DNA of 64,000 nt from Patescibacteria group bacterium (GTDB lineage: Bacteria > Patescibacteriota > Patescibacteriia > JAXHNJ01). The stretch lies in contig JBAZMP010000001.1 of assembly GCA_041649715.1 (NCBI GenBank), positions 82,741 through 146,740 of the forward strand, given 5' to 3'. Shown in pieces: positions 56,849 to 64,000 of this stretch (the first letter of the stretch is position 1; the number at the start of each line of letters is the position of its first letter). A program made the translations under genes and the position numbers. The notes under the pieces were generated by a model. It made no database searches. It saw only the letters and a program-made list of their open reading frames with translations, and was not told the DNA's origin.

Positions 56849-57982
56849 TTAGCCGAACATCAGCCATTCGGGTTTTATGACCAGGAGTATGCCGATCATA
56901 AAAATCAATAAGCCTCCGATCAGCTCGGAAAATTTGCTGTATCTGGTTGAAAGGCCGGTCGCTTTGGCGGTCAGCATGGCGGCCGTAAAAATAATCATGT
57001 CGTCAATCATGAAAATAACGACATAGAAAAAAAGATAAAGATAATATTGCCATTTGGGCAACTGGTTTAAGGTCAAGATTTGGGTGTAAATCGCGGGCAA
57101 GCCGATGGAACAGGCCAGTTCAATAAGATTGACGACAAAGGCCAGGGCGATAATGCCGAAAAGGGCATAGATTATTTTTTTTGATTCCACGATCTGGTTG
57201 ATGCGGTCGATGATTTTTCTTCTTTTTTCCCCCTTTACCACCTTGCACTCTTCGGCCGTTTGTCCTCTTTTCTGCCAGTATTCTCTCAAGTAATAGGCGC
57301 CGACAAACAGGGCCAGGGCGCCGATGATTAGCTGGATTATTCGGATATAGCCGATGAAAAGGAATAAATTAAGCCAGGCGGCCATGAAGAGATAGTAAAC
57401 GGCCGCGGAGGCGCCGATAAAAGTCAGGCCGATGGCCCACATGTTTTTCCGGTTTTCTAGCCCCAAAAGCGCCCCGATTAAAAATACCAGCACCCACATG
57501 GCGCAGGGATTGAAACCGTCAATGGCCCCGACAACCAGTGTCAGGACAGGCAGAGAATATTTCATCAGGTCCACCTTACCGATCAATGGCAGTTGATAGA
57601 TCTTGCTCGTATTCGCGTTGGTATTTTGATTTGTGTTGTTGTTTTTTATCTCCGATATTTTATCTCCCAAAAAACTGATGATGGGCGCGTCGCCGACGAT
57701 ATACTGATCGCCGAGTATCAAAACCGGCACTCCTCTTTGATTATAGGGGATATTGTGTTCATCGGAGATCTGGTTGAAAAGCTTGTTATTGTTGCTGTTT
57801 GAAACTTCCCTTTTTTCGATCTGGATGTATTTATTTACGTCGTTGTCTTTGATATATTCTTCCACGTTTTTGCAGTGAGGGCAGGTGTAACTATAGAAAA
57901 AAGTCGCCTTTTCCTTGGCCTGGGAGACAAAAGGGATAAGGAGAAAAATGAATGAGCTTATAATAAAAAGCTTCTTAAACAT
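56849..57982 (-). CDS. thioredoxin/glutaredoxin-like domain fused to a CcdA/DsbD-like transmembrane disulfide-transport domain
   Basis: N-terminal CPHC redox motif. The membrane domain has paired Cys. Confidence 0.6.
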   Translation of the reverse strand: MFKKLFIISSFIFLLIPFVSQAKEKATFFYSYTCPHCKNVEEYIKDNDVNKYIQIEKREVSNSNNNKLFNQISDEHNIPYNQRGVPVLILGDQYIVGDAPIISFLGDKISEIKNNNTNQNTNANTSKIYQLPLIGKVDLMKYSLPVLTLVVGAIDGFNPCAMWVLVFLIGALLGLENRKNMWAIGLTFIGASAAVYYLFMAAWLNLFLFIGYIRIIQLIIGALALFVGAYYLREYWQKRGQTAEECKVVKGEKRRKIIDRINQIVESKKIIYALFGIIALAFVVNLIELACSIGLPAIYTQILTLNQLPKWQYYLYLFFYVVIFMIDDMIIFTAAMLTAKATGLSTRYSKFSELIGGLLIFMIGILLVIKPEWLMFG

Positions 57983-58084
57983 ATCAAAAATAATTATTTA
58001 TTAACTTTCTTATCTTAATCGATTATTCGATTTTTGGCAAGGCGGAGGTATTATTCAATTCCAAACAAAATAGATAAAAAACAG

Positions 58085-58112
58085 GGGAATCCCGAAGGAT
58101 TCCCCTTGAAGG
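58085..58112 (-). terminator. intrinsic terminator on the minus strand
   Basis: Minus strand reads ggggaatcc-ttcg-ggattcccc followed by tgtttttt. Confidence 0.6.
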
Positions 58113-58654
58113 TCAGCAGTTACCCTGCTAGCCATCTGCCGGACCTTGTCGTAGTCCTAGGTGGCGATGACCTCCGCTGCGAAACAGAACATCTTCATAT
58201 CGGCATCATTCCTTTCAAAAACCCACGTTTTGATGATGCCTCCGTAAGAGAACTTCTGCCTACGGCTGATTCGTTTTTTTAGCGGGAGCCGGGCATTGCT
58301 TTTATTTTAAGGGAAATTTGGGAGGTTGGCAAGGCGGGTTTGGTCTAAAGTTTTTAAGGTGTGGCAACTGGTGGGGTTATAAGGTATGTTTTAGGTCAAT
58401 CGTTTTAAACCCAAACTATACCCTCAGACTTTACTAGCCGCTATAACCAAACCAAAATCACAACAGAGAATATAGTTTGACCACTTCATTGTTCCTTTGT
58501 TATAATACGAGCATAAATTCTTTTTCGTTCTTTATTTCACCCAAGTCTAGACTTGGCCCTCTGGGTCGGGAGGAAACACGCGTGAAATTCAGCAGCTCGT
58601 GCCAAAACACCTCCAAACCTTTCGCCTTGGTAGGAGACGAAAGGAGAGTCTTTT

Positions 58655-59128
58655 ATGAGACTCAGAATTCCCCTAATCCTGTTTGTCTTTATTGTCACAA
58701 CGGCCCTCATGTCATCGTGCTCGTACGCCAACGCCGGCGTGCGGCCGAATCCGGTCGACATGATCACCGTCAACGGCATCGACGAGTATATGCCCACCAC
58801 GGCTGATATGCCGATCAATCTCATTACACGCGCGGAGAAATTCACTGCTATCAGGACGTCGTCCTCCGTCTTCTCACCGAAGAATGAGAAGTACAACGCC
58901 GTCATGAATGCGGTCGGGAGCCTGTCGGGTATCAACCCCGTGATTATCGGAAATGACGTCGCCGTTTCGAACGTCAATTCCACCAACACGCCGGCAATCT
59001 ACGCCAGGAACCAGATTCGCGACGGAATGCGAAGCGGTTCGAGCACGGACACGGGAGAAGCAAATCTGCCTTGGGGGATTTCCCCTGTGGTCAAAGCGGT
59101 GATCGTGCACGACACGATCATGGTCTAA
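58655..59128 (+). CDS. hypothetical secreted protein, GC-rich
   Basis: Signal peptide MRLRIPLILFVFIVTTALMSSCS. Intrinsic terminator at 59176-59212 (cccccggtttccgtacagccggggg plus t-run). Confidence 0.45.
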   Translation: MRLRIPLILFVFIVTTALMSSCSYANAGVRPNPVDMITVNGIDEYMPTTADMPINLITRAEKFTAIRTSSSVFSPKNEKYNAVMNAVGSLSGINPVIIGNDVAVSNVNSTNTPAIYARNQIRDGMRSGSSTDTGEANLPWGISPVVKAVIVHDTIMV

Positions 59129-59471
59129 GGGTGATGTGCCTAAGACCTAATTGTGTCGATCGACATTTTTAATTCAGACCCCCGGTTTCCGTACAGCCGG
59201 GGGATTTTTTTAAAATATAAAATTTGTCTTGGACCTGCAAGAACTGGAACTTTTTTAGTGTAAATCGGCTAGTTTACATTTTCCTTTTCCTGGCCGTTAT
59301 TATTGTTTATTTCCGTACTTTGAAAACGGACCGTGGCCAAAAAACCCAAGATGCCCAAAACGATGATGATGATAAGTAGAATTATCGATTTTTTGTTCAT
59401 ATTATTATTATACAATAATATTATAAATAAAAAACTCCCCGAATCGGCTAGATTTCGGGGAGGGACGGGGC

Positions 59472-59846
59472 TTAAAGAGCGCGGGCCGCCTGAAAAGCTT
59501 CTTCAATGGCGGCATTGGTAGAGGAGAGAGGGATGATTCCGTCGGGTCGGAAGCCAAGAGCGTGGGTTTTTTCCCGGGTAAGTCCGGGTTTCCGGCTGGT
59601 AAAAAAAAGAAGAGATTCCTTCAGGGCACCTAGTATTTCTTTTAGGCGATTGGTCGTTTCGACAGGGATGTTTTCGTCCGGTTCAAGGTGGAGGATAACT
59701 ACGTCGGGCGCTTGAAAATTCATCGCGCCGAGGCCATCTTGTCGGCTGTCGCATTCGACAACCAGGTAGCGGTGTTTGATCAGGATCCGGGCCAGCCTTT
59801 CCCTTTCTTCTTGATCTTTCTCGCAGATCATGGCGATTTTGCACAT
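59472..59846 (-). CDS. stand-alone response-regulator receiver-domain protein
   Basis: CheY-like fold features (DVVILHL). Confidence 0.45.
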   Translation of the reverse strand: MCKIAMICEKDQEERERLARILIKHRYLVVECDSRQDGLGAMNFQAPDVVILHLEPDENIPVETTNRLKEILGALKESLLFFTSRKPGLTREKTHALGFRPDGIIPLSSTNAAIEEAFQAARAL

Positions 59847-59917
59847 CGTTACCCCCTAGTGAAATGAGCCGATGATATTTTTGCCGAATAATTAAAAAGT
59901 AATCTCTTTTTGACCTT

Positions 59918-60121
59918 TTGTCAATTCGACTTTTGAGCTATAATAGAAGCATGAAAGAAATAAAAGAAGAAAAACAAGGCGGTAAAGCCAAGAAATTCTT
60001 TATCCTGGCCTTTTTGACGGCGATCGCCACGGCCGTGGCCGCTCTTTTCGTCAAAAAGAAACAAGAAGACGAGAACGAAATCTTGGGTTTTAAAGAAGAA
60101 AAATCGAAAAAGAAGAAATAA
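59918..60121 (+). CDS. hypothetical small membrane protein with a Lys/Glu-rich tail
   Basis: One transmembrane helix. Confidence 0.3.
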   Translation: MSIRLLSYNRSMKEIKEEKQGGKAKKFFILAFLTAIATAVAALFVKKKQEDENEILGFKEEKSKKKK

Positions 60122-60328
60122 CTTCCGGTAAATAAAAAGCCGTCACTTTTCAAGTAAACGGCTTTTGTTGTGTTCAAAAAAATTGTGGGCATAGCAGAAA
60201 AGGCCGCCTCTGAATAAGGGGCGGAGAAATGGGGTTGACAAATTTTCTATTTATTGCTATTCTTATTTGTTCTTTGTCAATAAATTCGGACTAGTTTAGT
60301 AAGGAGCGGAAAGAAAGGAAGGGCGCAT

Positions 60329-61687
60329 ATGGTGATGAATGCGGTTTTTGACTTCTTTAAATTGTTTGGCGCTTTGGTGGGTTTCATGCTTGCCTGGCTT
60401 GCCAGCGGTTTTCTGGTGGCTTGGATGGCTCTGATCGTCAAATCTTTTTTCAAGCCGTCCGGGCAGCGCCTGACTTTCCTTAAAGAAGCCTGGGCGCTTA
60501 AGACCTGGTTTTGCGATTTTGCGAAACTTGGCCCGGCCAGCCTGATCGTGGCGCCCGTCTCGATTTTTCTGCCGTATAATCCGCGGGCAGACGCCGAGCG
60601 TTTGGCTTGCGATGAATTTCTCAAGAGCACTCAGCTGGGTCCGGAGCACTGGTGGCATTATGGTCACCGCGAAATGTATTTGGATAGCGCTCAACGGTCG
60701 ATCGAAAACCTCGACCATAATTTGGCTTCCGTCGGCGCCGCTATCGAAACCGTGCCCGCTCAAACCAAGCGCTGGGCCTGGGTGACGGCGACTTGCGCTT
60801 TTCTGATGACCTCGATGCGAACGGGTCTGGTTTTTGCCGCGGATTTTTTAAGCAGCCTTTCAGCCAAAGCCACGACGGTGGAAACCGTAAGCCAAAAGGA
60901 AAAACCCTTGTCATCCGCTTCCGGTTTTCTGTTCGCTTCGGCGATCGAAGATGAGGCGGGCGAGCGGATCCGCTTGGAAAAACTGAATTTGCGCGGCGAC
61001 TACCGGCGGGGAAGAATTTTTCTGACTGGTCAATACGACTTCGCGGCCAAGGACCTGAAATTGGCCAAGATCGGTTTTGACTACCCCGAACTGAAAGTTC
61101 TTCTGGAAGCCGGCCGTATGGCCACTCCCTTCGGTCTCATGCATCTGTCGCCGGCCAAGAGCCCGTTTATCCGGATACCCTTGGACCAGCTGGGGCCACC
61201 CATGTTTGATAACGGGTGTCTGGTCTCTTTTTCCGGCCGCCACTTCGAAACAAGAGCCGGATTTCTTAACGGCAGCGGCGGTCTGGATGACGACAACGCG
61301 GAGATGGATGGCGTCGGCCAGGTATTTCTGAAATCCCGCTTCGGCAGTTTCGGCGCTGTGTTCGAACGCGGCCGCCAGGCCAAGGCAATGCGCGAGGTCC
61401 TCGGCCTGAACGCGGAAACAAGAATCGGTCGTTTGCGCGGCCGCTGCCTGTTCGTCTCGCGTCCCGATCTTAAGGCCGACGGTTTCATGGCCAATGCTGT
61501 TTTGTCCGCCGGGCCGGTTGAAGCCGTTGGGCAATACGAGAAAACCCGCGGCCTGGCGACTGACAGCGAAATACTGGAAGTGGGCGTCAACCGTAAGATC
61601 GACGAGGGCGGAACGCTTCTGGGCCACGCGATCCTGGCTCGAAACGCGCCGCCGGTGTTTCAACTGCAACTTAAGTATTTGTTCTAG
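60329..61687 (+). CDS. hypothetical protein with N-terminal transmembrane helices and a C-terminal region ending in Phe with alternating hydrophobic residues (outer-membrane-barrel-like signature); GC-rich
   Basis: Ends ...FQLQLKYLF. GC content is far above the window average. Confidence 0.35.
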   Translation: MVMNAVFDFFKLFGALVGFMLAWLASGFLVAWMALIVKSFFKPSGQRLTFLKEAWALKTWFCDFAKLGPASLIVAPVSIFLPYNPRADAERLACDEFLKSTQLGPEHWWHYGHREMYLDSAQRSIENLDHNLASVGAAIETVPAQTKRWAWVTATCAFLMTSMRTGLVFAADFLSSLSAKATTVETVSQKEKPLSSASGFLFASAIEDEAGERIRLEKLNLRGDYRRGRIFLTGQYDFAAKDLKLAKIGFDYPELKVLLEAGRMATPFGLMHLSPAKSPFIRIPLDQLGPPMFDNGCLVSFSGRHFETRAGFLNGSGGLDDDNAEMDGVGQVFLKSRFGSFGAVFERGRQAKAMREVLGLNAETRIGRLRGRCLFVSRPDLKADGFMANAVLSAGPVEAVGQYEKTRGLATDSEILEVGVNRKIDEGGTLLGHAILARNAPPVFQLQLKYLF

Positions 61688-61848
61688 CACCTTGGAAATT
61701 AACTTCGGGGTTCCTGCCGTCAGGAACCCCTTTTTTTATCCAAGCTCTTGACACTTTTTAAATCTTATGATAAGTTCAGCTGTCTGAAACCAGGGGGTAG
61801 AAAGCAAGTTTTTCCGTAAACAGGTCTAGGCAAAAAGGAGGTCAGCTC

Positions 61849-62292
61849 GTGAAAAATTGGTTTTTGTTCATTGTCCTTTTCACCTTTGCTTTTTCTTTGT
61901 CCAGCCCGTCTCTTTGGGCCGGCAAGAAGGAAGCGTTAGATTATCCCTGGATCGTACCTGTTTCTAAAGATAACATCCGTCTGGCCGACGGCCAGTTCTC
62001 TTACGCGGTCGGCGACCTGATCGCCCGCAGCAACAAATCAGGGGTATACGGTAGTGAAGTAAAACTGTATTTTGCCGCCATTCTGCCTGACAACAGTGTG
62101 ATGGTCGAGCGTGTCTGTGTTTCATTCAGCCAGGCTTTTGCCAGCACTGTTTCTTTTCGCTTGTCATTAACTGAAACGGCGACCATCGGCTATACGCCGT
62201 ACGACAGTAAAGACACAATATCTCCGCTCATGGTCACCTTGCTTCACGCAAATGGTCGAATGGCCACATTTAAACTAACAACTTTGCCCTGA
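61849..62292 (+). CDS. hypothetical secreted protein
   Basis: Signal peptide. Confidence 0.4.
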   Translation: MKNWFLFIVLFTFAFSLSSPSLWAGKKEALDYPWIVPVSKDNIRLADGQFSYAVGDLIARSNKSGVYGSEVKLYFAAILPDNSVMVERVCVSFSQAFASTVSFRLSLTETATIGYTPYDSKDTISPLMVTLLHANGRMATFKLTTLP

Positions 62293-62474
62293 TCGGTCGA
62301 ACATTATTCCGCGCCGCGACTCTTAACCAAGAGCCGCGGCCTTTTTTACCCCCAAGGTTTGGGCTTGACAGGATCTGTGGATATGCTACACTTCAAGCAT
62401 TAATCAGTAAGGTATTTCTGTCAGTGCCGGTCCCCAAAGGATCAAGGCGGGCAGAATACAAAAAGGTCAATTAA

Positions 62475-62660
62475 ATGCAGGATCCACAAGGCTTTGGTCA
62501 GAGAAAAATGTACCAAGGCAATTGGACATGTGCAGGCTGCGGCGCCGCGATTACCGAACTTCCGTTCGAACCGGATGGCACTCGCCCCGTATACTGCCGT
62601 GATTGCCATCGCCAAAGACGGGACAACCGTGGCGGCGGTGGAAGACGCAGAGATTTCTAA
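62475..62660 (+). CDS. small zinc-ribbon protein (CxxC...CxxC) with an Arg/Gly-rich tail
   Basis: CAGCGAAITELPFEPDGTRPVYCRDC. Confidence 0.4.
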   Translation: MQDPQGFGQRKMYQGNWTCAGCGAAITELPFEPDGTRPVYCRDCHRQRRDNRGGGGRRRDF

Positions 62661-62751
62661 AAGATTTTATCTTTTTGAAAGATACGTCGTAAAACAGTCC
62701 AAATAAAACAAAAACTCCCAGGTAAAACCCAGGAGTTTTTGTTATTATAAT

Positions 62752-64000
62752 TTATTTATTATTGTTTTCCTTGACGAACCGGTAATAGAGCAGCTTGCCG
62801 CTTTCCGTGAAAATGAAGTAAGTGATAGCCACCAAAGAGATGGTTAAAAGCTGGGTGTATGTGGGAGCAGTGAATTTAAACAGGTCGCGACCGATGAAGG
62901 TGAATGGCAATAAGATTGTTATACCAATGGCGGCCACCGACAGCCAGAGCAGAGTCGGCGAAAGTTTTTTGCCTTTTAAAAAGAAATACCGGGTGCGGAT
63001 GGAGAAGATAAGAAGTAATTCCGTGATGACGCTGCCGATAAACCAGTTGGTCTGCAGGGTGGCAGGGGAAATGCGGTAAAAAAGGCCGAAGAAGATAAAG
63101 TCAAAAACCGTGCTGATAACGCCTAAAGTGATCGCCATCAAAGCGACATCTTTAATTTTATAATGCCGGGGTTTTTTAAGCTCGGCCAGATCCACATTAT
63201 CGGTGGCAATGGCTATCATTGGAAAGTCGGAAAGAAGGTTCAAGAGCAGGATCTGCAGGGGGAGCATTGGCAGGTAATCGATCAGAAGCGAGGCGATGGC
63301 CACGGCGAAAAAATTGCCGAAATTAGAAGTGAGCGTCGCTTTGATGTATTTTAAGGTATTGGCGAAAACCCGGCGGCCTTCTTCTACTCCGTCGATGATC
63401 ACTTTTAAGCTTTTGTTCAACAGAACGATGTCGGCGGTTTCCCGGGCGATGTCAGAGGCGCTTTCTACCACGAGCCCGACATTGGAGATCTTTAAGGCCG
63501 GGGCGTCATTGATGCCTTCGCCTAAAAAGCCGACCTCGTATTTTTCCTGCAAGATATGGATAATGTTGAATTTTTGCTCAGGGGTGACGCGGGCGAAGAC
63601 CGCATATTTTTCCGTCGCTTTATGCTGTTCCTCATGGCTTAGTTTTTGAAAATTTTCGCCGGTGATTACCGCCGTTATATCATCGGTCAGAGCGATTTGT
63701 TGGGCGACGGCACCGGCCACTTCCGGGCTGTCGCCGGTCAGGATTTTTATTTTTACGCCTAGACTTTCCGCCTTATTAACCGCATCCTTGGTCGATTTCT
63801 TTACTGGATCAATAAACGAGATTAAGCCGGCAAAATCCAGGTTATTTTCACCCGCCAAGATATCCTTGTTTTTAGCGGTTAGTTTTCGGCTGGCCACGGC
63901 GATCACCCGCCGGCCGGCTCGGCCGGCGGAAACGTGCCAGGCCGTCAATTTTTCCTTTTCCGCCGGGCTTATTTTGGGGCATAGTTTAATAATTTCCTCG
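62752..64000 (-). CDS. P-type cation-transporting ATPase, C-terminal part; the gene continues beyond the window end
   Basis: GDGINDAPALK hinge motif (LGEGINDAPALK), C-terminal transmembrane helices. The N-terminal Met given by the ORF track is internal. Confidence 0.7.
   Translation of the reverse strand, partial: EEIIKLCPKISPAEKEKLTAWHVSAGRAGRRVIAVASRKLTAKNKDILAGENNLDFAGLISFIDPVKKSTKDAVNKAESLGVKIKILTGDSPEVAGAVAQQIALTDDITAVITGENFQKLSHEEQHKATEKYAVFARVTPEQKFNIIHILQEKYEVGFLGEGINDAPALKISNVGLVVESASDIARETADIVLLNKSLKVIIDGVEEGRRVFANTLKYIKATLTSNFGNFFAVAIASLLIDYLPMLPLQILLLNLLSDFPMIAIATDNVDLAELKKPRHYKIKDVALMAITLGVISTVFDFIFFGLFYRISPATLQTNWFIGSVITELLLIFSIRTRYFFLKGKKLSPTLLWLSVAAIGITILLPFTFIGRDLFKFTAPTYTQLLTISLVAITYFIFTESGKLLYYRFVKENNNK

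Noticed and set aside
58034-58282. 82-aa plus-strand ORF and the 58537-58989 minus-strand ORF
   Set aside because: The first overlaps a minus-strand terminator and structured RNA. The second is antisense to the signal-peptide-bearing ORF 58655-59128 in GC-rich DNA.
60911-61690. 259-aa and 169-aa minus-strand ORFs opposite 60329-61687
   Set aside because: High GC content yields long antisense ORFs. The plus-strand ORF has a start context and transmembrane features, so it is preferred. Neither has motif support, and the strand choice is therefore only moderately confident.
1-64000. CRISPR array
   Set aside because: No array of regularly spaced direct repeats was found. The only tandem repeat is the 18-nt x3 coding repeat at about 35594-35654.

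Overview
This is an AT-rich bacterial window of about 40% GC with short compositionally distinct GC-rich islands. Its gene content and style suggest a small-genome, Patescibacteria/CPR-like organism, though that is only an inference from sequence.

Identifiable housekeeping genes are tig, nusA, infB, rbfA, clpP, rny with a ymdB-like gene, hup, ppdK, trxA/trxB, rnhB, the H+-pyrophosphatase, pilT, and 13 canonical tRNA genes.

Three things stand out:
(1) A family of structured cassettes is attached to tRNA genes. There are tRNA pseudo-fragments carrying a conserved double-hairpin insert whose loops are mutually complementary. There is a tRNA-Gly gene split by three insertions, one of which sits in the anticodon and carries a complete second tRNA-Gly. 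Recurrent CCCGCA...TGCGGG stems enclose whole tRNAs.
(2) A roughly 7 kb module next to tRNA-Gly(GCC) consists of nested long inverted repeats with a 127-bp identical core, a large serine recombinase, and a six-gene operon. The operon encodes an XRE HTH protein, two small unknowns, a GHKL-type ATPase, a trypsin-like protease and a zinc-ribbon membrane protein. I read this as a candidate invertible or mobile defence-like system.
(3) Several promoter/terminator-bounded non-coding RNA candidates, a giant FN3/LysM surface protein, and a PaaK-like ligase next to three tandem PlsC paralogues.

All functional calls rest on motif recognition by eye. No database search was possible.
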